IMG/VR virus record: IMGVR_UViG_3300020810_001156
Coordinates: 1 to 64,000 of that record
Strand: one strand, 5' to 3'
Length of the DNA stretch: 64,000 nt
Part shown: one piece after another, positions 44,051-53,098 of the stretch
How the letters are laid out: each line of letters opens with the position of its first letter
Numbering within the stretch: the first letter of the stretch is position 1
Made by a program: the position numbers and the translations under genes
The notes under the pieces: generated by a model
Told to the model about the DNA's origin: nothing
What the model saw: only the letters and a program-made list of their open reading frames with translations
Databases searched by the model: none

Positions 44051-45004
44051 ATGAATTTAGGATACGCTTGTATTAATATGACTCTATCAGGTCAAAAACC
44101 AAAAGTAACTACTAATCGTTCAATGATTAAAAGAACATTCTTAGAAAGGGGTGTTGGTTACGCAACTGAATTAGGGTTACAAAACGCAAGAGATTTGTTT
44201 CATATTTTAAAATGGAATAATGAAAATGGAATCAAACTATTTAGATTATCATCTGAAATGTTTCCATGGGGTTCTGAGTATGATTTAGAAACAGCACCAC
44301 ATTACCTAAGAATTAAAACAATATTAGAGGGGTGTGGTCATTATGCAAAAACAAATGGAATTAGAATTACTTCTCACCCTGGTCCTTTCAATGTTCTTAC
44401 TTCACCACATAAAAAAGTAGTAGATAATACTATTACTGATTTAGAACTACATGGTAAAGTTTTTGATTTATTAGGATTAGAAAAATCACATTATAACAAA
44501 ATCAACATTCATTGCAATGGTGTTTATGGAGATAAGAAATCTGCTATGGATAGATTTTGTGATAACTTCCAAAGATTATCACCATCGGTTCAATCTCGTT
44601 TGACAGTTGAGAATGATGATAAAGCATCAATGTATTCGGTAAAAGATTTAATGTATATTCACAACAAAATTGGTATCCCAATCGTATTTGATTATCACCA
44701 CCACAAATTTAATACAGGTGGATTGAGTGAAGAAGAAGCTCTAAAATTAGCAATCTCAACTTGGCCAAAAGGAATTAAACCCATTGTTCATTACTCTGAA
44801 AGTAAAGCATTACATGAGGAGAATGAAAAATTAAAACCACAAGCACATTCAGATTACATCAATGAATTACCCGAACTATATGGTACTGATGTTGATGTAA
44901 TGGTGGAAGCAAAAGCAAAAGAACTTGCTATTCTACCATTTATTAATAAAGATAGTGTATGTGCTTATAGTGGATTGTTAAACACACAAAGTTACGCAGA
45001 ATGA
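44051..45004 (+). CDS. uvsE: UV DNA damage endonuclease (UvsE/UVDE)
   Basis: LGYACIN, FRLSS, HPGPF, HCNG, ENDDK, FDYHHH, HYSES, AHSD, EAKAKE. Confidence 0.95.
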   Translation: MNLGYACINMTLSGQKPKVTTNRSMIKRTFLERGVGYATELGLQNARDLFHILKWNNENGIKLFRLSSEMFPWGSEYDLETAPHYLRIKTILEGCGHYAKTNGIRITSHPGPFNVLTSPHKKVVDNTITDLELHGKVFDLLGLEKSHYNKINIHCNGVYGDKKSAMDRFCDNFQRLSPSVQSRLTVENDDKASMYSVKDLMYIHNKIGIPIVFDYHHHKFNTGGLSEEEALKLAISTWPKGIKPIVHYSESKALHEENEKLKPQAHSDYINELPELYGTDVDVMVEAKAKELAILPFINKDSVCAYSGLLNTQSYAE

Positions 45005-45387
45005 TTATAGATGTAGATATTAAAGCTCCTAAGAGAGTAGAAAAGAATTGGGGATATGAATTATGGATTCACAACGATGAAGAGTATTGTGGGAAATTAT
45101 TGGTATTCACAAAAGAAAGAAATAGATTCTCAATGCATTACCACTTAAAGAAAAAAGAAAGTTGGTATGTGCAAGAAGGAAGATTCCAATTTAATTGGTT
45201 GAATGTAGAAGATGGAAAATTAGAAGGTAAAACTTTAGAGAAGGGTGATAGTGTTTTAATTGAAAGAGGATTGCCTCATCAGTTAATTTCATTAGAAGAT
45301 AACTCAATTGTATTTGAAGTTTCGACTGAACACTTTGATGAGGATAGTTACAGAGTTTATAGAGAAACACCTGAGGATTTATTATGA
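45001..45387 (+). CDS. cupin-domain protein (sugar isomerase-like)
   Basis: K.WGYE.W..N..EYCGK, SMHYH..K.ESWYV, PHQL, EVST. Confidence 0.85.
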   Translation: MIIDVDIKAPKRVEKNWGYELWIHNDEEYCGKLLVFTKERNRFSMHYHLKKKESWYVQEGRFQFNWLNVEDGKLEGKTLEKGDSVLIERGLPHQLISLEDNSIVFEVSTEHFDEDSYRVYRETPEDLL

Positions 45388-45560
45388 GTTACATAAAAGT
45401 TCACGTACCAGAAATATATCAATTAAAAGAACAATTTGAGTCTGATAAAGATAAATGGATTCAATACTATTCAAAGTATGGAGCATTTGTTGGAAGTTCA
45501 GATTCGGTAGATTACCTAACTAAAGAAATAGAAAAATATTATGATAGTAAAAAGAGTTGA
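45384..45560 (+). CDS. small hypothetical protein (58 aa)
   Basis: MSYIKVHVPEIYQL...; ATGA overlap. Confidence 0.55.
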   Translation: MSYIKVHVPEIYQLKEQFESDKDKWIQYYSKYGAFVGSSDSVDYLTKEIEKYYDSKKS

Positions 45561-46119
45561 AAAAACTCCCGTTACAAACGAAGAGTTAAACCTATATAAA
45601 GAAAGAATATCTAAATTAGATAAAGAGTTTGCAGTAACTGCATTAGATGTTGGGATGGATAAGAGAATCGTAACCATTAAGTTTGGTGGTGATTACGATG
45701 ATTTAACTTTGGTAAATCCAACAATAACAAAAACATCAGATGCTATGGTACAATATTTTGAAAAAGATTTACACAAGAAAAACAAAGTAAGAAAAACAAT
45801 TAGACATAAATCCTTTTCAGTTGATACAGACAATTTAGGTTTGGTAGAATTTTCATCGGACAACGATAGTTGGAAAACACAAGATGAGTTTATGAATGAT
45901 TTGGGCTTATTCGAATGTATTACCGCACAAAGATTAATCGATTCAATTGATGGTATTGATATTAGTTCACCACTTCGTAGATACACAGCTGAAATCAAAA
46001 AAGAAAAGAAGCCAGGTAGAAACGAAAGAGTAATGTTACAATCACCTGAAGGAGATATGGAATTTGTTAAATACAAAAAAGCACAACCTCTTTTAGATAA
46101 AGGATATAAATTGGTATAG
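45541..46119 (+). CDS. peptide deformylase-like protein with degenerate catalytic motifs
   Basis: A.DVG..KR, LVNP.I and AQRLIDSIDGI align to PDF motifs; HExxH and EGCLS lost. Confidence 0.65.
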   Translation: MIVKRVEKTPVTNEELNLYKERISKLDKEFAVTALDVGMDKRIVTIKFGGDYDDLTLVNPTITKTSDAMVQYFEKDLHKKNKVRKTIRHKSFSVDTDNLGLVEFSSDNDSWKTQDEFMNDLGLFECITAQRLIDSIDGIDISSPLRRYTAEIKKEKKPGRNERVMLQSPEGDMEFVKYKKAQPLLDKGYKLV

Positions 46120-46121
46120 TT

Positions 46122-46373
46122 ATGGGAATTTTTAGTTACGAATCAGAAGATTCCCTAAATAGGGAAGCTAAGAACATTTCATTCGATGTTCCTGATGATA
46201 TGAATATTTATGAGTATAAGATTATGTGTGTTCGAATGGCACATGCAATGGGTTATCATCACAAATCTGTAAAGAAGGCGTTTGGTGAATTAGATTACGA
46301 AACGGAATCGGATAGAGATTTTAAAGAATTTATGGAAGCAGTTAATCAACTAACTGGTTCTCTTACACCCTAA
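46122..46373 (+). CDS. hypothetical protein
   Basis: ORF track. Confidence 0.75.
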   Translation: MGIFSYESEDSLNREAKNISFDVPDDMNIYEYKIMCVRMAHAMGYHHKSVKKAFGELDYETESDRDFKEFMEAVNQLTGSLTP

Positions 46374-46376
46374 TGA

Positions 46377-46595
46377 ATGAATAAACTATACATATTAGAA
46401 CAAAAAATAGCAACTTTGGAAATTATATTAGAATCGATAGTAGAAGAATTAATTGAAACCAAATTGGTTAATGGAGAAACCTTAGATGCTAGGATTATAG
46501 AAAGAATAAAAGAGTTATCTAATAAAGTAAAAGAAGAAGAAAAACAAATTGAACTACTTAACTTTCCCTATTGGGGAGAAAAAGGTGAAGCATAA
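46377..46595 (+). CDS. hypothetical coiled-coil protein
   Basis: ORF track. Confidence 0.7.
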   Translation: MNKLYILEQKIATLEIILESIVEELIETKLVNGETLDARIIERIKELSNKVKEEEKQIELLNFPYWGEKGEA

Positions 46596-46627
46596 TTTGG
46601 TTTTATCAAAATAATTTCGTATATTAG
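46596..46627 (+). promoter_or_regulatory. Bacteroidota sigma-A-type promoter for the sigma-factor operon
   Basis: TTTG 46596-46599, TATATTAG 46620-46627. Confidence 0.8.
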
Positions 46628-46644
46628 TAAAATATTTTAACTAC

Positions 46645-46917
46645 ATGGAATCAATTTATATATTATATGTTATCATAGCATTATTAGTACTTTCAAATAT
46701 ATTCTTTATTTGGAAAGGAACTCAACTCGTTAAACAAGTTGAAGATGCTGTAAATGAAACTGATAATGTTACCGATGAAACACTTATAGTTTTGGAAAGA
46801 ATGTTATCAGAAATGAAAGAAATAGATATCAGAGGTTCATTTGAATCAGATGATGAGGTTGGTGTTGTATTTAATGAGTTAAAAGATATTATTCAAAAAT
46901 ACCAAAACAAATTATAA
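46645..46917 (+). CDS. membrane-anchored coiled-coil protein
   Basis: N-terminal TM helix. Confidence 0.75.
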   Translation: MESIYILYVIIALLVLSNIFFIWKGTQLVKQVEDAVNETDNVTDETLIVLERMLSEMKEIDIRGSFESDDEVGVVFNELKDIIQKYQNKL

Positions 46918-46918
46918 A

Positions 46919-47638
46919 ATGCCAAGACCTAGAAAAAATAAACAATACTTTACACAAGATACGCAAGATGCAATTATAGCGTATAATAAATCAAAGAGTG
47001 ATAGAGAAAAAAATGAACTTTATCGGAATCGGATAAAGTATCCTTTTGAAAAATTAGCAGAAAACATATTAAATACATTTAAATTCTCTTACTTTGATGT
47101 ACCAAAAGAAGATGTACAAAAAGAAGTGGTAGCTATTCTTATTCAAAAAATTCATATGTTTAAAGAAGGTAAGGGAAAAGCATTTTCATACTTTTCAATT
47201 GTAGCAAAAAACTATCTTATCCTTAATAATAACTCAAATTATAAAAGATACAAAAAAACAGATTTGTTATCTCAGATGCCACAAACTTGGAATCCTGAAA
47301 ATGATTTTTATCACGAACAACAAGGGGATGAGTTTTCTGAATTTAAAGAATTAATGTTACAATATTGGGATAAAAATCTTACAAAAGTATTCACAAAGAA
47401 GAGAGATATTCAAATAGCAGATGCTATCTTAGAGTTATTTAGAAGAAGTCAATATATCGAAAACTTTAATAAAAAGCATTTATATCTTTTAATCAGAGAA
47501 ATGACTGATTGCAAGACTCACTATATCACAAAAGTAGTTAATGTAATGAAAGAGCATCAGAAAAAAATGTTAAATGATTATTTAGACTATGGTGAGTTAA
47601 AGGAAGATTCTGATGAAGATGAATTCTTTTCTTACTAA
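46919..47638 (+). CDS. phage RNA polymerase sigma factor (T4 gp55-like)
   Basis: QYFT...AI..YN, KLAENI, F...KGKAFSYFSIVAKNYLI resemble sigma region 2 of gp55-type factors. Confidence 0.7.
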   Translation: MPRPRKNKQYFTQDTQDAIIAYNKSKSDREKNELYRNRIKYPFEKLAENILNTFKFSYFDVPKEDVQKEVVAILIQKIHMFKEGKGKAFSYFSIVAKNYLILNNNSNYKRYKKTDLLSQMPQTWNPENDFYHEQQGDEFSEFKELMLQYWDKNLTKVFTKKRDIQIADAILELFRRSQYIENFNKKHLYLLIREMTDCKTHYITKVVNVMKEHQKKMLNDYLDYGELKEDSDEDEFFSY

Positions 47639-47688
47639 TCCTATATTTATTCTAAATAGGTTATAATACTTCACTTAAAGAAATACAA

Positions 47689-47799
47689 ATGGAATTGGAA
47701 GATATTTTCAAGACCAAAGAATTCAAATCGTTACCACTTCATAAACGAATTTGGATTAGAATTAAGGTTGCATTTTTTGGACTATTAGAATTAATGTAA
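47689..47799 (+). CDS. small hypothetical protein (36 aa)
   Basis: MELEDIFKTKEFKSLP...; follows TATATTTAT at 47642; TAATG overlap. Confidence 0.5.
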   Translation: MELEDIFKTKEFKSLPLHKRIWIRIKVAFFGLLELM

Positions 47800-47987
47800 T
47801 GAAAAAATGGACTTCGGTACGAGCAGTTTACCTACTCATGTCTCTCGTACTTTTATCCGCCACACTTCTACAAAATTGGTGGATAGTATTATTTGTAGTA
47901 ACAATGTTGCAAATCGGTGTATGGACTAAATTTTGTCCATCTAAGTTTTTATTTGAAAAGTTAGGATTAAAGAAATCAGAACTTTAA
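47799..47987 (+). CDS. DUF2892/YgaP-like small membrane protein
   Basis: W..VR......G/S, two TM helices, G.WT.FCP....F.KLG. Confidence 0.7.
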   Translation: MKKWTSVRAVYLLMSLVLLSATLLQNWWIVLFVVTMLQIGVWTKFCPSKFLFEKLGLKKSEL

Positions 47988-47996
47988 AAGTTACTT

Positions 47997-49229
47997 ATGA
48001 ATCGGTTTGCGAAAATATGTTTAGGCATGGCAGGTGCTATTATGTTCACTTTCTTTGCAGTACAAACTTGTATTGTATTTAGATGGTGTGAACCCTCTTA
48101 CTTTCTTGCCGAATTTGGATATGGTTGTGTTATTGCATTCATGCCACCATTCTTCTATGTGGTATATGATTTCATTCGTACTACAAAATTAAAAGAAGCA
48201 AATATTGATTTACAATTAAATGCTATTGATAAATCTAATTTGGTGGTTATGTTGGATATGGATGGGTACATCTTATCAGCAAACAAAAAGTTTTGTAACA
48301 CAATGATGTGTACTGAAAAAGAACTAAAGTACAAACAACATAAAAGAATGGTCCCAAAAGAATATGGTGATAGTTTAGAGTATCACGAATTTTGGGAAAG
48401 GTTAAAGAGAGGTGAAAGTATTACTGGTGAATTTGAAAGAATTGCAAAGGATGGTACATCTCGTTGGTTATTTGGTAACTACACTCCCATCCAAAGTTCA
48501 GATGGTAGTTACAACAAAGTTCTAAAGATAGCAACTGATATTACACTTCAACACGAATCCGAAGTGTTGGTAAATCAGAAAAACTCTTACTTAGAACACG
48601 CTGCGAAGATTCTCCGACACGATATGCATAGTGGTATCAACACATATATGCCAAGAGGATTATCATCATTACAAAGAAGATTATCTGAAGAAAAAATTAA
48701 AGAGTTAAAAATTGATGCTCCACTAAGGATGTTAGCAGAAGGATTGAAACACACACAAAAAGTTTATGCTGGTGTTAAGGAGTTTACAAACTTAGTTAAG
48801 GAAGATGCACAATTAGATATGAAGGAATGTAACTTATCAGAAATATTGAGAAATTACTTATCCTCTACATCTTATGTTTCACAAGTTAAAATAGATAGGT
48901 TACCATTCACTCAAGTAAACGAACCACTCTTTTGTACTGCAATAGATAACTTAATCAGAAATGGATTAAAGTATAATGATAGTAGTACAAAGGTGGTTAA
49001 AATTTATATGGAAAATGATTTTACAATTTGTGTGGAAGATAATGGTAGAGGTATTACTAATGAAGAGTTCATTGAGTTATCTAAACCATATACAAGAAAA
49101 GAAGGACAAAAGGAAGGAGGTTCAGGATTGGGATTAAACATTTGTATCGCAATTTTGAAAGAACATGGTTTTAAGATAACTGCAGAGAAGTTAGACTCTG
49201 GTACAAAATTAAAAATTAAATTAAAATGA
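47997..49229 (+). CDS. membrane PAS-domain sensor histidine kinase
   Basis: Two TM helices; PAS-PAC; H-box LRHDM; N-box DNLIRNGLKY; EDNGRGI; GSGLGL. Confidence 0.9.
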   Translation: MNRFAKICLGMAGAIMFTFFAVQTCIVFRWCEPSYFLAEFGYGCVIAFMPPFFYVVYDFIRTTKLKEANIDLQLNAIDKSNLVVMLDMDGYILSANKKFCNTMMCTEKELKYKQHKRMVPKEYGDSLEYHEFWERLKRGESITGEFERIAKDGTSRWLFGNYTPIQSSDGSYNKVLKIATDITLQHESEVLVNQKNSYLEHAAKILRHDMHSGINTYMPRGLSSLQRRLSEEKIKELKIDAPLRMLAEGLKHTQKVYAGVKEFTNLVKEDAQLDMKECNLSEILRNYLSSTSYVSQVKIDRLPFTQVNEPLFCTAIDNLIRNGLKYNDSSTKVVKIYMENDFTICVEDNGRGITNEEFIELSKPYTRKEGQKEGGSGLGLNICIAILKEHGFKITAEKLDSGTKLKIKLK

Positions 49230-49672
49230 ACACAATGATTAACTCAATCTTGTTAGTGGATGATGAGGACTTATTCCACTTGGTATTTGAAGATGCTTGT
49301 AGTATCTTAGATATCACTCTATCTTTAGAGGCACTAAATTCATCTGATGAAGCAGATGAAAAATTCAAAGAATGGTTTCCAGAAAACCCAGCAGATGAAA
49401 GACCCGAATGTGTATTCGTTGATTTGAATATTATCGGTTCTTCATATGATGGTATTGAACTTATTCGTAAAATCAATTTTGAATATGGTAACGGATGTGT
49501 AATTGGTATTATCTCATCTTCAGATGATAATCAAGAAATTGAAAAAGCAAAATCAGCAGGTGCACAATTTTGGATTATTAAATCCGATGATATTGAACCT
49601 CGATTAGAAGAATTCAGAAAAGATTATGAAGGATATCTAAACCGAACCGCTCCATTCAAAATTTATAAATAA
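49226..49672 (+). CDS. single-domain response regulator (receiver only)
   Basis: ILLVDDED, phospho-acceptor VFVDLN, ISSS, WIIK. Confidence 0.9.
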   Translation: MNTMINSILLVDDEDLFHLVFEDACSILDITLSLEALNSSDEADEKFKEWFPENPADERPECVFVDLNIIGSSYDGIELIRKINFEYGNGCVIGIISSSDDNQEIEKAKSAGAQFWIIKSDDIEPRLEEFRKDYEGYLNRTAPFKIYK

Positions 49673-49680
49673 GTTTTACA

Positions 49681-50274
49681 ATGATTGAGGTTACGAAACA
49701 TACCAGAGATATCCTATTGGGTGTTGCTAAGAAAAGGAAAGTTTATGTTGAAGGAAACTTTCTTAAACTCTTAAAAGCACCCGATGGGGATACCGAGTTT
49801 GAAGAATATCTTAAAATATGTAAGGATAAAGATTCTACTGCTCGTAGAAAAAGATTACAAGTAACTAAGCAAGTTCAACAACAAAACAAAGAGTTGGTTG
49901 ATAAACAAAAGGAAACCGATGAATTGATGATAGAACTTCAAGATGCTTTGGAATCTGCAAAACAATCTGAAGAAGAAGCAAATCAATTAAGACAAGAAGC
50001 CGAAAAAGGAATGGGTAAAGCATTAGAAGATTTGGAACTAATGCAAAAGAAAACACAATTTGAGTTAATCAGTACAATTGTTAAAGTAGCACTTTATGTG
50101 ATTATAGGAGTTGGTGTTCTCACAACTGCTATGTATGGGTTAGCATTGATTTCTGGTACTGATACACAAATCATAGGTTCTACTTGGAGTAATATGTTTG
50201 GTATTCTCCTAACTAACGCATTCTCAATCGTTGGTACGATTATGGGTGTAAAGTATGCAACTGAAAAAGAATAA
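49681..50274 (+). CDS. coiled-coil membrane protein
   Basis: Long coiled coil and two C-terminal TM helices. Confidence 0.75.
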   Translation: MIEVTKHTRDILLGVAKKRKVYVEGNFLKLLKAPDGDTEFEEYLKICKDKDSTARRKRLQVTKQVQQQNKELVDKQKETDELMIELQDALESAKQSEEEANQLRQEAEKGMGKALEDLELMQKKTQFELISTIVKVALYVIIGVGVLTTAMYGLALISGTDTQIIGSTWSNMFGILLTNAFSIVGTIMGVKYATEKE

Positions 50275-50276
50275 AG

Positions 50277-50807
50277 ATGAGTCCTCAAATCATAGATAAA
50301 GTTAGTGTGGAAACTTACTATGATGTATTATCCATACCATTTGATAGGGAAGTATCAGAACCACATCATATCAGTTCTATCGTAGATTTTAAGACCCTAA
50401 GAGAAGATACACAAAATTTTTTATTAAAACTACCCATCGTTCAGTTCACAGGTAATTTTAAGGCAGGTGGCTTGGATTCTAAACAACGATTGTATCTAAT
50501 GAGTAGTATGAATGATATCTTCTTCGTAGACACCCTTAAAACGAATTATGCTAAGTGTGTAACCAAACTGATTAATGTTCCCGATTTAAGTGGAAAGGAA
50601 GTTATTGAAAGAACTGATGAGCATAGAAGTATTAAACGAATTAGAAAATCCGAAAGTTATGAAGTTACCTATAATGAGGTGGATTATGTAATTGAAATTA
50701 CCGAAGAGGGTAATGGAACATTTACCAGCATTATGTATGGGGATAACTTCGTAATGGATTATATGTTGGAGAAAGATATATTGGAATATTTTTATAAGAA
50801 TAAGTAA
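50277..50807 (+). CDS. hypothetical protein
   Basis: ORF track; last gene of the kinase operon. Confidence 0.75.
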   Translation: MSPQIIDKVSVETYYDVLSIPFDREVSEPHHISSIVDFKTLREDTQNFLLKLPIVQFTGNFKAGGLDSKQRLYLMSSMNDIFFVDTLKTNYAKCVTKLINVPDLSGKEVIERTDEHRSIKRIRKSESYEVTYNEVDYVIEITEEGNGTFTSIMYGDNFVMDYMLEKDILEYFYKNK

Positions 50808-50859
50808 TTGTTTTTGTTTGATTTAGTATAATATACTTATTGGTATATAATAATAAATT

Positions 50860-51003
50860 ATGGCAAAAGCAAAGGGAGGTTTTGGTATTTCGTTATATCG
50901 TTCTCAAAGTAAGAAGAGACCTGGTGTTCACGCTAAGAGTAAAACTTCAAAATCTAAAAATAGTAGAAATTACAAAAAGGCATATAGAGGGCAGGGTAGA
51001 TAA
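50860..51003 (+). CDS. small very basic protein (47 aa) ending YRGQGR
   Basis: MAKAKGGFG...KKAYRGQGR; preferred over overlapping track ORF 50840-51040. Confidence 0.75.
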   Translation: MAKAKGGFGISLYRSQSKKRPGVHAKSKTSKSKNSRNYKKAYRGQGR

Positions 51004-51025
51004 TCCTACACTTTTTTGTTTATTG

Positions 51026-51034
51026 ATATTTATA
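51026..51034 (+). promoter_or_regulatory. putative phage late promoter heading the baseplate module
   Basis: ATATTTATA. Confidence 0.55.
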
Positions 51035-51058
51035 TATTGAACAAATATTGATAAACGT

Positions 51059-51454
51059 ATGTCAACAGATTTCGAATTATTCCCAGGCAAAAACCTTAGT
51101 GGGTTGTTTGAGGATATCTATAACAATCAAATAAATAAAAAGAAACATATTTCTGATGTCATCTTTGAAATCAGAAAAATGATTAGGCATAATGGTGATA
51201 TGGGAATTTTAGGTCCAGTCATCAAAGACTTAATTGATACATCAGTTCGTAACGATGACCAATTGGTTAAGTTAGCAACTATCGCACAAAGAATTATAGC
51301 ATCTAATCAAAAATCAGAAGGAGATACTGGATTCCTCACGGAAGCAGAGAGAGAACAATTACTTTCAGAAATTGAACAAGTTCAAGATGAGGTTAGTAGG
51401 GTAGATGATTTACAAAACGAAATAGAAGAAGTAAAACAAAAATTAGAAAAGTAA
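51059..51454 (+). CDS. hypothetical helical protein (structural module)
   Basis: ORF track. Confidence 0.8.
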   Translation: MSTDFELFPGKNLSGLFEDIYNNQINKKKHISDVIFEIRKMIRHNGDMGILGPVIKDLIDTSVRNDDQLVKLATIAQRIIASNQKSEGDTGFLTEAEREQLLSEIEQVQDEVSRVDDLQNEIEEVKQKLEK

Positions 51455-52680
51455 TGTTTGGGGATAGAAATCGTAATGTACAATCCAATCAAAGTGTTAA
51501 TATTAGAAGGCATAAAGATACTATGTCTATGGGTACTGTATATAAGATTATATTGGATATTAATGATGATATTCTTTCTGATTTAGAAATAGAAGAACCA
51601 CTAAAAGGTAAATATATAGGAGCGATTCAGTTCAGAGCTTCAACTAGTCAAAATAAAAAAGATGAAGGATTAACTTTAGCATTACCGAAAGATAAAACAT
51701 GTGTTTCTCTACCAACTATAAATGAAACAGTTGCTATTACCAATTCACCAGCTGGTGGATATTTGTATGAACGAATCATCAGTTCGGCATTACCAAATGT
51801 AAATACAAGTATAGATGAAATAAATGCATCTCAGAAAAAAGAAAAATCAGCTCAATCAAACACCGCATCTAATTATGGTAACGTACAATCAACTGGAATA
51901 TCAAGAACGGAAAGTTCATCTGATTCGATTGATGTTTCTTCGCTAGGTCAATATTTCCAACCAGATGGTACTATTCATAAACTTAAACTATATGAGGGTG
52001 ATTATTTAATTGAAAGTAGATTTGGTCAATCAATTAGATTTAGTGGTTATAATAACCCTGATAATATTTTTTCACCAAACATTATAATTAGAAATGGTGA
52101 AAATGGAGAATCCCTAACAAAGGATATAGGAACATCTACTGAAGAAAGTATTAATGATGATGGTAATATTATATTTTTAGGTAGCGGTGAACGATTATTG
52201 GAATATACATTACCAACTGAAAATGAATATCCATCATTTTTTAATTACCCATCAGAACTAAAAGGAAATCAAATATTATTAAATTCAGATAGAGTTATTA
52301 TATCGGCTAAATCAGCCGAAATGATTTTTTCTGCAAAAAAAGATATTGGTTTTATAACTGATGGTCAATTTTCAATTGATGCAACCGATGGTATAAACAT
52401 CACAACAGATAATCATATATTTGTTGATACACAGGATAGAGATATAAATTTAGATATTGGTAATGGTACTATTATGTTAGGAACTGATGGTGAGTTGGAA
52501 GCTGCACCAAAGGGTGAAACTTTGGTAGAGTTATTGGGTGAAATGATAGATTTAATAACACAACAAATATATTTAACACCAGCTGGCCCAACCTCACCTG
52601 GCCCAACAAATATAGCACAATTTACAACATTGAAATCTAAATTACAAACAATGTTAAGTAATAATGTACAACTAAAGTAA
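51454..52680 (+). CDS. baseplate hub/central spike protein (gp5/VgrG-like)
   Basis: N-terminal OB-like LP..NETV, YEGD.LIESRFGQSIRF, beta-helical ILLNSDRVIISAK, terminal TPAGP. Confidence 0.65.
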   Translation: MFGDRNRNVQSNQSVNIRRHKDTMSMGTVYKIILDINDDILSDLEIEEPLKGKYIGAIQFRASTSQNKKDEGLTLALPKDKTCVSLPTINETVAITNSPAGGYLYERIISSALPNVNTSIDEINASQKKEKSAQSNTASNYGNVQSTGISRTESSSDSIDVSSLGQYFQPDGTIHKLKLYEGDYLIESRFGQSIRFSGYNNPDNIFSPNIIIRNGENGESLTKDIGTSTEESINDDGNIIFLGSGERLLEYTLPTENEYPSFFNYPSELKGNQILLNSDRVIISAKSAEMIFSAKKDIGFITDGQFSIDATDGINITTDNHIFVDTQDRDINLDIGNGTIMLGTDGELEAAPKGETLVELLGEMIDLITQQIYLTPAGPTSPGPTNIAQFTTLKSKLQTMLSNNVQLK

Positions 52681-52681
52681 T

Positions 52682-53095
52682 ATGGCAGTAAATAAAAACA
52701 TATTGGGTGGTGCTAGTGATAGTATAAAAAAAGTTGCTGATATATCTAATATTACAAATAATCCTAAAGATACGATAAGTAGCATAACTACAGAACTACC
52801 AACTCCACCTGCATTACCAAAAGTTCCACCTAAGCCAGAATTACCGGCGTTACCAAAGGTTAGATTGCCTAAACTTCCACCTATTCCAAAGTTTAGAAAA
52901 AAGAAAGTAGAAGAAAATCCTAAACTTAAAAAAGGATTACCAAAGTTACCAACTCCACCTAATCTACCACCAATACCAGTAGTACCTAAAGTACCAAATA
53001 TTCCAAAAATACCTAATATAGAACTGCCAAAGGTACCTGAAGTAAAAATACCTGATATTAATTTACCAAATCCATCGGATTTATTAAAAAGATAA
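52682..53095 (+). CDS. Pro/Lys-rich protein
   Basis: LPKVP/IPKIP repeats. Confidence 0.7.
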   Translation: MAVNKNILGGASDSIKKVADISNITNNPKDTISSITTELPTPPALPKVPPKPELPALPKVRLPKLPPIPKFRKKKVEENPKLKKGLPKLPTPPNLPPIPVVPKVPNIPKIPNIELPKVPEVKIPDINLPNPSDLLKR

Positions 53096-53098
53096 AAA

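Noticed and set aside
50840-51040. ORF-track 66-aa ORF
   Set aside because: The overlapping frame 50860-51003 has a better start context and a recognisable basic YRGQGR protein
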